Positions 13,801-23,770 of a DNA stretch of 64,000 nucleotides are shown here, piece by piece; within the stretch, counting starts at the first letter, position 1; every line of letters begins with the position of its first letter. Origin of the DNA: Phaeosaccion multiseriatum (lineage: Eukaryota > Protista > Ochrophyta, other classes). A model generated the notes under the pieces. It ran no database searches. It saw only the letters and a program-made list of their open reading frames with translations, and had not been told where the DNA came from. Location: the NCBI GenBank assembly GCA_965112735.1, contig OZ218953.1, forward strand, positions 2,976,001-3,040,000, in the 5' to 3' direction. A program made the translations under genes and the position numbers.

Positions 13801-15148
13801 GATTCATCTACCGCTCTTCATGGGAAGGTGAGAGAGAGAGCTTGTTTCGCTTGTTTCGCGTCCGTTAGTAGTAGTTGTTGTGGTTGTTGGTGTTGTTGTT
13901 TGTGGTCTTCTTCTTCTTCTTCTTCTTCTTCTTCTTCTTCTTCTTCTTCTTCTTCTTCTTCTTCTTCTTCTTCTTCTTCTTCAGCGAATTTCAAACTCAA
14001 TGTTGCCCCCACTTGCTCTACCCTGCCCCCTCTATCCCTCCCACTCCCTCCCCCTTCCTTCCTTCCTTCCTTCCTTCTCCCCCTCCCCTTCCAACCGCTC
14101 CCCTCCCATCGCCACACCAGAGCCCTCTTCTCCCTTGTCCGCCTCCCTGTGGAGAACGACTTTTACAGCCTTTGCATAGGCCTCTTGTGCTCTTGGGGTC
14201 TCTACGCCTTTGGACTGTACGCTCAGCAGGTGCTGGGCAGGATGCATCGCAGACAAGTCGCATGGACACTGCTCAAGTGGGCAGACTTGGCCGTGCAGTG
14301 GGCGGTGAGTGGAGGGAGGGAGGAGGGGGGGGAGAGAGGAGAGGAGGGGTGAGGAGAGGAGGGCAGGGAGAGAGGGAGGGAGGGAGGAGGAGAGGAGGGA
14401 GGAGGGGAGGGAGAGGAGTAGAAGCTCATGTCTATCGTTAGCTCAACTCTCTCCGCCCAAAGTTGGAAGAGAGTCTGTTCAGCTTTGAGCGAAAAGCAAT
14501 TGAGTATGCATCTCACTCTCTTTCTCTCCTCCTCCTCCTCCTCCTGCTCCTCCTCGTCCTCCATGCTGTATCATCAACTGCTGAATGTCGTCGGCCCGCC
14601 GCCTTAGGTGCTGCTGCTCGTGTGGGTGGTGGCCCTGCCCCTCATGATCGGGACTCTGTTCGAGCTCGTGTTCGTGCTGCCGCTCCGCATACCCGTAGGA
14701 GAGGTGCCGCACGTTGCCCCTGCTCAGGTGAGGGACGAAGCTCAAGGGACGAGGTTCGAGGGGGAGGGAGGAGGGGAGAAAGCTACGATTGTCCACTAGG
14801 CCTATTGTCAGCTGTGACTGTGATGCCAGCTTATTCGCCCCCCTCCCTCCTCCTCTTCCTCCTCCTCCTCCTCCTCCTCCTCCTCCTCCTCCTCCTCCTC
14901 CTCCTCCTCTCCGTCTCCACTCGCTGCTCAGAATTGGGCACTTGGGCTCGTCTTTCTCAAGATATGGGTGCGCTGTGTGATGCTCGGCCCTGCTGAGCCG
15001 CACCACCCTGACGACGGAAACCACTGGGCCAGCTGGAGGGAGCTCTTTGAAAAGGTCAAGAGGAACGGCGTCCGAGGGGTGCAGTTCATGTGGACGTTTC
15101 AGCATGTCTGCCAGCCGCTGTTCAACGTGGTGAGTGAGCAAGAGAGAG

Positions 15149-15189
<41 letters not shown>

Positions 15190-15611
15190 GGGGGATGCAG
15201 GGCTCAGCGGCAGAGGAGGGGGAGGGGATTCCCTTGTCCGTGCTGCGTTTGGCGCAATCCTCTTCCTCTGGCTCAGTCCCCTTCTCTGTCTCTCTCTCTC
15301 TCTCTCTCCTACCCCACCCCCGCCCCACACCCACTCACACTCCTCAGATCGCCGAGTACCTGTGCGTGCCCTGTATACTTGCCCAAGGAGTGGCACCCCT
15401 CGTCTTGACCTATGTACACTCCAAGGGCGCGGACCCCATGCTGCTGTCAGGGATTGAGCGTTTCGCCTACCTGTGGTACGTTGTGTTCAAGGTGGTTCTC
15501 TCTTGCCTGCGCAAGGCCGGGGTCTGGCTGGGTAAGCTTCATGACAAGATTCGCGACGAGGCCTACCTGGTGGGGTTGGAGCTCAAGAATGCACCGGGCA
15601 GCACGCCATAG
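7009..15611 (+). CDS. MARCHF6: MARCH6/Doa10/SUD1-type RING-CH polytopic ER membrane E3 ubiquitin ligase
   Basis: N-terminal RING-CH CRVC...[21 protein letters not shown]...CELC; many TM exons (LEFFALPLWVGWVMD, SLLIHWFAGFLF, LPLELLLFHVVMP, LPLMIGTLFELVFVLPLR, QNWALGLVFLK); C-terminal HDKIRDEAYLVGLELKN matches the MARCH6 C-terminal element. Multi-exon gene with GT-AG introns. Confidence 0.92.
12895..13543 (+). repeat. 336-bp near-perfect tandem duplication inside a MARCH6 exon
   Basis: gaaggaaggc(a/g)atcttttgaacggcgatctt... starts at 12895 and again at 13231; the copies are bounded by (GAG)n arrays. Confidence 0.95.
13906..13982. repeat. (TTC)n microsatellite in an intron
   Basis: About 25 units of ttc. 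Confidence 0.9.
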
Positions 15612-16112
15612 CAGGAGGAGGAGCAGGAGAAGGGTGGTAGCACCACTCCATAGCAATTGCAGCAGTAGGAGCAGCAGCAGCAGCAGCAGGAGGAGGAGGA
15701 GCAGGAGGAGGAGGAGGAGGAGGAGGAGGAGGAGGAGGAGGAGGAGAAGCTGCAGCAGGCGCTTGCTTCCTGCGGTTCACCATCGGGTGGTGGTGAGTGG
15801 CACTCACTCTCCTCGACCGCCGGCAGTGTGTCCCAAGGGAGAGAGGATGCTCCGCCGTGCGTGCGTACTTCATACATGCTCACAGACACTACGCCGGTGA
15901 TGTTATGCCATTCATAGGACAAATCTGTTTATACCATGATACCACATCGTTCACAGAGAAAAATACATGATAATAGAGAACGTATCTGGTGAGACGTTTG
16001 TGTTCTTATCCCGCCCGTCGCAGAGGTCAAGCACAGAGAAACTCCGTGTCGCCTCCTTCCTGTAGAGGCCGCCGCAGTAGCAGTCCTTCCTGTAGAGGCT
16101 GCTTTCAAGTGC

Positions 16113-17502
16113 CTAACTCAGCTCCTCCAGTCGCTCCAACATCATCGTGTACAGCGCGCGGGCGACGTCATCACTGGGTCCGGGCATGCAGAAGTGAAGA
16201 CAGTCTCCGTGAGTACCAACCTCGCCCCCCACCTTCGTATGCCCCAAGGAGTCCGTCCCTGCCAGCCACAGCATGCCGAACATTTCGTCAAAAACGTTTG
16301 TAGTGGTGGTGCCCTCCGACTGTGCCTGCTGCTGTGCGAGTTGCCCCTGGTCCTGTCCCTGCCCCTGCCCCCCTCCTCCTTGTCCTCCTTGCACTTTTAT
16401 CGACGTTTCGCGCTGTAGCGTGGAGAGAATCTCTTCAATTCTGCCCTCCTTTTCCACTCCCTCCACACACCCCAGGGGTTTACCCTCTCCCTGTAGCGCT
16501 GCAAGCTTGGCAACATCGTACACTCCTTCTGGCGTTGCAAACTGGGGCTGCCAGTTCATCATGAAAATGAGCGACGATAGTTCTCGCTGCCTCGTTCCTT
16601 CCCCATAGAGGGCCTGGATTTCACCAATGTTCCTTGTCAGCATGCGACCATAGATATTCTCCACGACGATGATATCGAACTCGCTCGTCTTGGTCAGATG
16701 CGGCACTTCACTAAAGTAAGAAAATCGCCCCCCGAGAAGCTTCCCCTCCCCCCCTTCCTGTTGCCCCCCCTGGAAGTCAACGTGGATGCTGGTTGTGCCC
16801 GAGTGCTTTCCGCACGTTAAACAGTTGAGCGTGTTATGGCAGGGCATTGGGCCGTTCCCTTGCTTGTCACAGCCATACCACGTTGAACGTATCGTCTCTA
16901 TGGCCCCGCCATGCTTTTCTAGTGCACAAGCCAGCGAGATGAGCACCTGGCGCATCAGGGAGTCACCCACAAAGGCGACTTCTTTCCCTCTGATGAGCTC
17001 CGCAAAGCGCGCCCCAGCTCCTGGGGCGGACATATCTCGGAGCTGGCAGCCGGCAGGCATAAAGTGGGTGCGGGCAGCCTTTTGCGCATGTTCCAATGCT
17101 CCTTGATGCACGCAGCTATACTTCCCCCACTCCAGATCACATGTAAGGTTCCAATAATTTGGAGCGAGCTGAGGGGAAGGGAAAGGACAGGCGTAGCAGT
17201 GAGTTGAGGGCAAAGAGAGGAGAGCAAAATATTCTTGTTCTTACGTCTCTTTCGAGCTCCCAGGTTCCATTCAATGGACGTTTACGGGAAGCTTCGCCGC
17301 TAAAGCAGTAGCTTCCTCCGCTGTCGTCTGGATTCGCGTCGCTGCTCGCCACGAGGACGAGGAAGAGCTGCGAAGCGAGGAGAAGAGAGAGCCAGTAACG
17401 GGGGAGGGAGGCGGGCAATCGCTGGGGCTCGTGCTCTTCTTTGGTATACCTTGGCCCGATGTGGACCACGCGCAAGGATGTCTTCCCCGCCTCCTCAGTC
17501 AT
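16113..17502 (-). CDS. Trichome-birefringence-like (TBL / PC-esterase) SGNH-type O-acyltransferase/esterase, type II membrane
   Basis: Exons 17502-17245 and 17168-16113 (phase 0). N-terminal hydrophobic anchor YWLSLLLASQLFLVLVAS, Cys-rich segment with NGTWE, GDS motif (VAFVGDSLMRQ) and DxxH motif (GDCLHFCMPGP). Confidence 0.85.
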
Positions 17503-17651
17503 GACAGCAAGACATGGCTGGGGCGGGGCAGGGCAGTTAAGAATGACGCCAACTGTGAATTTTCATGGATCCGCGATCTTCTCGACTCGCTCGCTCGCTC
17601 TCGCTCTCATTTCCAATCCGCTCAGCGGAGGCCTGCCGCCTCGCGGCCAGA

Positions 17652-18647
17652 ATGATCTCCTTGCGCGAGGGGAGGTCTTCTTGGCAGCCTCTGCTCGCCA
17701 TCTGCCTCGCTTGCTGCGTACTTGATACAGGACAACCCTTCGGAGTCGGAAGCATGCATGCAGGTTTACGCCTCCCGAGAAGGAGTTATCGCTCCATTGG
17801 TGGCAGCGGCAGGGGATGGCATGGGTGGGAAGATGGGCAAAGGATGAGGAGTGGAGGGAGCTTGAGCTTGAGAGCTACACGTGGGCCATTAGGCAAGGAA
17901 AGTAGGAGTAGAGTCAGCAGCAGCCGAAGCGGGAGCAGGAGGAAGAGGGTGAGGGCGGCGACAATGGCCACCGCCACCACCAGCACCAGCAGCAGCAGCA
18001 GAAGCAGCAACAGGAGGAAGACGGAGAGAGGGCCGGCAGCATCCTTGAGGAAGCGGGACGAACCACCACAGTCGATCGATGGAGCAAAGCGATTTTTCTT
18101 TCTGGGGGAGCTGGGGCTTTCAGAGGAGGAGCTGCAGGCTCTACTCCACAACCCCTCCTGGAGAAGGACGCTGCAAACTCGGAAGCTCGAGGTCTTGCGA
18201 CCTTTCGCGGAGGTTATGATAAAGGAGTTGAAAGGAGCAACACCACGAGCTGTCGGGCTGCTGCTGCCGAGACTTGTGGGGGCCAACCTCGAGCGCACTG
18301 TGAAACCGAGGCTCGAGGTGATGAAGGCGGTGGGCATTCAGCCGGTGTTTGGCCACATCCGATCCCTCTGCCGCACATGCAGCGACGACAAGTTCGGGGC
18401 GTGGGTTGCCCGAGGCGCATCATTCCGTACCAACTTCGATTTCCCCTGCTCCTCTCCCTCCTCTCCTTCTTCTTCTCCCTCTGATTCCCACTCAAGCGGG
18501 TTCCCCCCACCCCTGCAAATGTCCAAAGATTACCTACCATCCTCTCCCCCCACTGCCCCCTTCGTCTCTCCCTCTGACCTCTATGATGTACCTTTGGCAG
18601 AGCCGATCTCGTGGGTGCGGCGACGGCAGCCCCCATCTCGCCCTTGA
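17652..18647 (+). CDS. mTERF-like protein with putative bipartite plastid presequence
   Basis: Signal-like LLAICLACCVLDTGQPF, then an Arg/Ser-rich transit-like region. FLGELGLSEEELQALL and LLPRLVGANLERTVKPRLEVMKAVGI resemble mTERF repeats. No intron evident. Confidence 0.55.
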   Translation: MISLREGRSSWQPLLAICLACCVLDTGQPFGVGSMHAGLRLPRRSYRSIGGSGRGWHGWEDGQRMRSGGSLSLRATRGPLGKESRSRVSSSRSGSRRKRVRAATMATATTSTSSSSRSSNRRKTERGPAASLRKRDEPPQSIDGAKRFFFLGELGLSEEELQALLHNPSWRRTLQTRKLEVLRPFAEVMIKELKGATPRAVGLLLPRLVGANLERTVKPRLEVMKAVGIQPVFGHIRSLCRTCSDDKFGAWVARGASFRTNFDFPCSSPSSPSSSPSDSHSSGFPPPLQMSKDYLPSSPPTAPFVSPSDLYDVPLAEPISWVRRRQPPSRP

Positions 18648-18859
18648 GACTTGAGAGAGTTGAGTGTTGAGGCTTGACTCGGCAGCGTAGGGTCGGCACC
18701 TCCTTTAAGGGAGGGAGAACGCACTTTTGTTGTCAGCCGTAACGGGCAGGGCGTCTCTTCAGCTTTTTCAGTTTTTGTTTTGATTTTGATTTTGAATGCA
18801 AATAGCAGTAGGAAATATGTTTTAAATATGGCCTTTATGTGCCAAGTAAATATATTACG

Positions 18860-19296
18860 AGTGCACACACACGAGCAGGGGGCTTGCACCATCATTCCTT
18901 TTGTAGGCGAGAGAGGTGGAGAAGAAGAGGAGGAGGAGAGGGGGTGTGGGTGGAGTGCATTTCATCCTCATCTAGCAAGAGCGCAGGTTACCTCACGCAC
19001 GCACACACACACGCGCACGCACGCACACCTCGCCAAAGTAAGCGTGCCTGTGATTCCGTGCGTGGTTGGTGGAGTGAGGGGTGGGCGTGAGCGTGAGTCG
19101 AGAGTGAGAGGGAGTGTGTGAAGAGTAGGCCTTGCATACCACAGGACCAGAGTCTCAGATAGGAGGTAGAACCACACCGAGACCAGCACCGTCCTAAACG
19201 ATCAGCTTGTTATTATGATCCACCTATCTGGAGTTGAGCAAGGAGGAGGAAACTTTATTGACTTAATAGGAGTCACCTAAGAAACTGAAAGTGTGA

Positions 19297-19332
<36 letters not shown>

Positions 19333-20085
19333 GTGTCGCTGTGTCTCCGGGGCCCTCGAGGGGCCGGTTACTCCCCCTCTAGGGCGGGGAGGGGGAGTGC
19401 GGGACCGGCTCCGCGGTTGAGCCGACCCAGGAAGGCGCGCTCCCGCTCCGAGAGCCACATCTGGTGGCTGCAGCTGACGAGGCGGCGTAGTCGTGTCAGG
19501 ACGTGGCCCTTGGTGGTGGAGGAGCCCGTGCGGCCAGTGCGGGTGACCACGTGCTCGGCGAGTGCGTGCAGGAGCGATTGCGCCTGTGCGCCGAGTCGGC
19601 CGTGGGTCTCGATGGCGAAGGTGGAGAGGCGAACACGCTCTCGGTCGTACGTGCCCCTGTAATGTCGCTCCTTGCGGGTCTCGCTGTTGGCGGCTGCCGC
19701 TCCCGGTCTAATGTCCGTGCGGAGCACATTCAAGGCCGTCCTGCAGAGGTTGTTACTCAGGGTTAGGTCAAGCATGTGCGCCGGGTGGGCAAAGGTGGGG
19801 TCGCGGGCTCCGGAGAGGGCGCCTCGGGGGAGGGTGGCGTCCATGCGGAAGGTCCGGGCGATGTTGTGCGGGGGGTTGAAGAGCTCCGAGCTCTCGTGTC
19901 CGACGCGGGAGACGTAGTTCTGCTTGAACATGTCCTCGACGGAGGAGAGCATCCCGGTGTGATAGAGCGAGCTCTGGTTGGGGCAAGGAGGAGGAGGGGA
20001 AAAAAATATGTCAGCAAATATCGAATACGGTCGATTTTAAAAGCGTTACTCCAAAATCGAGGCTCTTCCTCATTTTCTGTATCAT
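18860..20085 (-). pseudogene. Putative small spliced host gene interrupted by the retrotransposon copy
   Basis: Chain of canonical GT-AG introns on the minus strand: 20049-19974 (with branch-like GCTGAC and pyrimidine tract), 19276-19194, and two further introns between ~19140 and ~18900. Product not recognised and reading frame ambiguous. Confidence 0.35.
19297..19956 (-). mobile_element. 5'-truncated non-LTR retrotransposon, restriction-like endonuclease (RLE) class, CRE-like
   Basis: ORF 19952-19368 has the RLE pattern RMD...LDLT...AAAANSETRKERHY...FAIETHGRLG. Short 3' UTR with a GC hairpin, then a (CA)n tail (19299-19330). GTGTGA occurs at both flanks (19291-19296 and 19957-19962) as a candidate TSD. 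No RT domain is present. Confidence 0.8.
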
Positions 20086-20124
20086 TACAACAAGGATGAG
20101 GTAGTATAGATAGAATGATGTAGG

Positions 20125-23100
20125 ATGCTGGAGAATCGCCTCTCCTTGACAGTCCCCCAAGACGCCTCCCTTGAGGAGGTAGTCTTGGCGCGGAAGCTGT
20201 CTCGCAGGGAGGAAAGATCAATCCCTCCAGAAGCCCATGTGAACGCACTGGGCTCGCCAGGGCCAGGGGCATCGGCCAAGCGCAGGATGCGATCGAGACG
20301 GCCGCCTTCAGCCGACGATTCTACTAGCTTTCGACAGTTCCCACCATTGAGCTTGACCTCACGACCAGTGACCACCATTGGTGGCGTGAGACAGGGCGCA
20401 TTGGTGGGCGTGAGAGGGGGCAGCATGGTCAACAACAGCATGGGACCGACACCAGACCCTGCTACGCTCTTGGCATCCAAGTGCAATCAGATGGCGACTA
20501 GACTGGCCCAGGTAGAGGGTGAGCTTCTGACGCTCAAGGCCTCTGCGGCCGCTGCGAACTCCGAAGCGGTAAAGAAACAGCTCAAAGCGGCGTCTCCCGC
20601 GCAGGGCAACGGGGTGGATTCGGGGCCGCAGGGGGAGGCCGAAAATAGGCGAGTCGAGCTTGAAAGGACGGTGGATGGGGCGTTTTCGCAAATCAGTTCG
20701 ATGGTGGACAACTTGTCGGACGTGTTTAGCAACGCTCAGCACATCTTGGCTACGAGGAGGACAGCGGCCACGAGAATCTCTTCGCTTGTTCGTCGGTACG
20801 TCGCGCGATGTCGCTTCTTGCGCATGCAAGACGTCTTGAAGGCTTGGCGTGTGCAGCACTCTGTGACGATTCTGCAATGCATTCGTGGAGAGATTGTGCG
20901 GCAGAAGCAATTGGAGGCGATTTACACGCAACTGCGCACCCGAGTGGACCACAACATGGTTCGGAAAGTGTTTCGAGAGTGGGTGTTTGTGGTGGGGGAG
21001 AACGAGGAGAGAAAGTACCAGATCAAGGAGCTGACGGCTCGGGTGGCGAAGAGGCAAATCTTCCAGCTCCAGGAGCGAGTTTTTCGGGAGTGGTGGGACG
21101 TCATGTTGGGGCCTCGAAGTGGGCGCATGTTGGCCAAGAAAAACCGGGACCGCATGCAAGTCGCCAGGGAGACACTGCATGCCCAACTGGTGGCGCAAGG
21201 TCGTGAGGGCCAGATCGTCACGAGTGAGATGGTTCGCGCAGCCATGAATAGGGGCGCTGTGCAAATCATGGAAGCCAGCCGCAAGACGCGGAGGCTTGTG
21301 GTGGCGTTTTGGATTCTGGCGGACGAAGTAGAGCTGAGAAAGCAGCAGGCCAGGGATAGTATACGGCTGTGTCGACGCAACATCCTGGGCAAATGCATTC
21401 GGGGATGGCAGCGGTGGGCGGCTCTGAACAGTGGCGGGCTCGCTCGGAAACCCATGACGGCGTACAAGGTCACCGTGGGGCTGCGCTACAACCCCAAGCG
21501 AGTGCAGCAGTTTGCCGATCAACGCTGTAAGTCGTCCCACTTTACAGCTTGGGCTCAGAAGGCAGCCCAATTAGCAAAGGCGGGGAGGAAGGGCCAGGGA
21601 GTCTTGACCAGGGTGGCCAAACAGTACTTCGACGTGTGGCAGGAGGAGACGGTCCGTCAGAGGCGCATGCGGCGAGCGGCCATGGGGGTGTGGCAGGCCA
21701 ACTCCACCAAGTCTCTGACCATTCCCTTTCGGATGTGGTACATTTTTGTAGATCGACAGAAGCGCCAGACGGAGGACCAGGAGCGAATCGTCAATGTGTA
21801 CCGCCGGGCCAGATCGAGGCACTTTTGCTACAAAATCTTGCGGGCGTGGCGGCACCAGGCTTGCTACGGACGGGTGGAAGGGCTATACACCCGACCCCAG
21901 CTAATGGCCTCCTTGGCAGAGCAGAAGGAGCACTGCTTCGCTCTCAACCAAGAGGTGAATGACTTGTCAGGGACGGTGGAGGACATGAACAAGGTGTCTA
22001 CGCAGTACCGCACCCAAATGATCTCGAGACAGAAGGAGGTGGCGGACCTGAGGGCGACGATTGATAAGCTTAACATGGCCATGCACCACGCGGAGCAAGA
22101 CGTTGTGCGCATGCAAACGGTGGTGGAAGCGGTGGTCAAGATTGCGCCTCATGTGCACGACGCAGTCATGGGCATGGCGCCCAGTTTCAATTTCCACGAC
22201 AGGGGGCTCACCCCTCTGGCTGCCACGCGGCAGGAGGACGTGGAGAGGGAGGAGGAGGAGAAGTTCCAAACGCGGCTGCACGAGTGGCTGGAGGAGCACC
22301 ATTACAACGACAGACCAGGGCAAGAAGGTGAAGGGGCAGATGCAGGTACCGCACTCAGCGACGGGGGAAGTATCGCTTCCAGTGGTGGTGGGGGGGGGGG
22401 TCGGAGGGTTGGTCCTGCGGTGGTCATGCGAGATGCCAGCACGGAAACCAGCGGGAGCAATGTCAAGGCGGATTCTACCGAGGCGGCGCAAGCGGCTCTC
22501 GCTGCCGCTGCGCTGACGGACGGGGTGGAACCCATCCTCTTGCCCGGAGAGTTAGAGGTGTTGGATCGAGTGGGGTGGGTTATGGAGAAGAGCAACTTGG
22601 AGGCCGTACTGGAGAGGACCAGAGAGCGAATGAGCGCTTTCGATCGAGCAAGGGAGGAGGCCTTCGAGGCGGAGAGACGGCAAGCAAGGGAGGAGCTCGA
22701 GGCCGCGGAGAGGGCCACCAAGAACGCTCGGTTGCTTGTGGATCGGTATCAGACCACCTTTGGGACATTGGAGGACGATGGTGCTGATCCTTTCTTGGAG
22801 CAACAAGCCATGGCGGTCAAGAGCAATGCTTCCGCGAGTGGTGGCGGCGAACAGTTGGGCGGTAACGGTAACAGTAGCAGTAGCAGTATCAGCAGCAGTG
22901 GGGGAAGCACAGGACCAGGTGGTGGTGGTGCAGCAGCAGCAGCAGCACCTCCACCATCGGAGGAGCCAGCAGAGCAAAGCAGACTCCTCCTCCGCCAGTG
23001 CGAGCAGGAGCTTGCTTACGTGGCGGGCCTTCACGAGTTCTTACGTAAGGGCGACCTCGAGGTCCTGACACCAGCTGCTGCAGAGGAGTGGGGCAAGCGA

Positions 23101-23547
23101 CCCAGCGCGGGCCTTGCCGTCCTACGTAAGGGCATGATGTCGAGTCTCCCCTGGCTCTCCCTTGGCAACAACGCTAGTGGCTGTGGGGCCGGGGTGGACG
23201 GCAAGATGACCTGGCATGACTTTTGCCTGGCCCTGACGTCTCGAACCCCGCAGGGGCGGGTCACGGAGACGGTGCGAGACAGACTCCAACACCGTCTTGG
23301 AGAGGCCAAAGAGCACGTGGATAGCATTATTGTCAAGGCGTTGTGCGGTAACGACCCTCCGGCAAGGGGCCCCAACCTCTACTCGTCCTCCTCCGGGGCG
23401 GCGGGGCGGGGGGACGGGGAGGAGGAGGACGAGGGCGTGAAGGGTGGGGAGGGAGGGGATGCAGCACCAGGAGGAGGAGGAGGATGCCACTCCGGTGCAG
23501 TAGCTCAGCAGGAGGACGAAGGTAGCAAGAAGTGGGGGTGGCGATGA
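20125..23547 (+). CDS. IQ-motif + Sfi1-like (centrin-binding type) repeat + coiled-coil protein, 1140 aa, single exon
   Basis: IQ-like AATRISSLVRRYVARCRF. Recurrent F/LxxW motifs in Arg-rich helices: RKVFREWV, ERVFREWW, KCIRGWQR, SHFTAWAQ, QYFDVWQE, IPFRMWYI, KILRAWRH. Heptad region follows (LNQEVNDLSGTVEDM...). Confidence 0.7.
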   Translation: MLENRLSLTVPQDASLEEVVLARKLSRREERSIPPEAHVNALGSPGPGASAKRRMRSRRPPSADDSTSFRQFPPLSLTSRPVTTIGGVRQGALVGVRGGSMVNNSMGPTPDPATLLASKCNQMATRLAQVEGELLTLKASAAAANSEAVKKQLKAASPAQGNGVDSGPQGEAENRRVELERTVDGAFSQISSMVDNLSDVFSNAQHILATRRTAATRISSLVRRYVARCRFLRMQDVLKAWRVQHSVTILQCIRGEIVRQKQLEAIYTQLRTRVDHNMVRKVFREWVFVVGENEERKYQIKELTARVAKRQIFQLQERVFREWWDVMLGPRSGRMLAKKNRDRMQVARETLHAQLVAQGREGQIVTSEMVRAAMNRGAVQIMEASRKTRRLVVAFWILADEVELRKQQARDSIRLCRRNILGKCIRGWQRWAALNSGGLARKPMTAYKVTVGLRYNPKRVQQFADQRCKSSHFTAWAQKAAQLAKAGRKGQGVLTRVAKQYFDVWQEETVRQRRMRRAAMGVWQANSTKSLTIPFRMWYIFVDRQKRQTEDQERIVNVYRRARSRHFCYKILRAWRHQACYGRVEGLYTRPQLMASLAEQKEHCFALNQEVNDLSGTVEDMNKVSTQYRTQMISRQKEVADLRATIDKLNMAMHHAEQDVVRMQTVVEAVVKIAPHVHDAVMGMAPSFNFHDRGLTPLAATRQEDVEREEEEKFQTRLHEWLEEHHYNDRPGQEGEGADAGTALSDGGSIASSGGGGGGRRVGPAVVMRDASTETSGSNVKADSTEAAQAALAAAALTDGVEPILLPGELEVLDRVGWVMEKSNLEAVLERTRERMSAFDRAREEAFEAERRQAREELEAAERATKNARLLVDRYQTTFGTLEDDGADPFLEQQAMAVKSNASASGGGEQLGGNGNSSSSSISSSGGSTGPGGGGAAAAAAPPPSEEPAEQSRLLLRQCEQELAYVAGLHEFLRKGDLEVLTPAAAEEWGKRPSAGLAVLRKGMMSSLPWLSLGNNASGCGAGVDGKMTWHDFCLALTSRTPQGRVTETVRDRLQHRLGEAKEHVDSIIVKALCGNDPPARGPNLYSSSSGAAGRGDGEEEDEGVKGGEGGDAAPGGGGGCHSGAVAQQEDEGSKKWGWR

Positions 23548-23710
23548 ATATCATGATCATATGAATGCCACAGGTGCTCTTTACAGAATGCTTTTCCTGT
23601 TCAATACAGTCACTCAGAAAAGAGGAGGGAATACTGCATACTGCACCTCTTTTGTTGTACCTCTTCCCTCATTCCCGCCCGCGGGAGACGATAAGATCCC
23701 GCTCAACGCT

Positions 23711-23770
23711 ACCATCGAGTGCCATCGACTGCCATACTCTTCCATGCATTGCCATCGATTGCCATCGACT
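23711..23770. repeat. Degenerate 10-bp tandem repeat (GCCATCGAYT)x6
   Basis: accatcgagt gccatcgact gccatactct tccatgcatt gccatcgatt gccatcgact, abutting the PGM3 stop codon. Confidence 0.8.
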
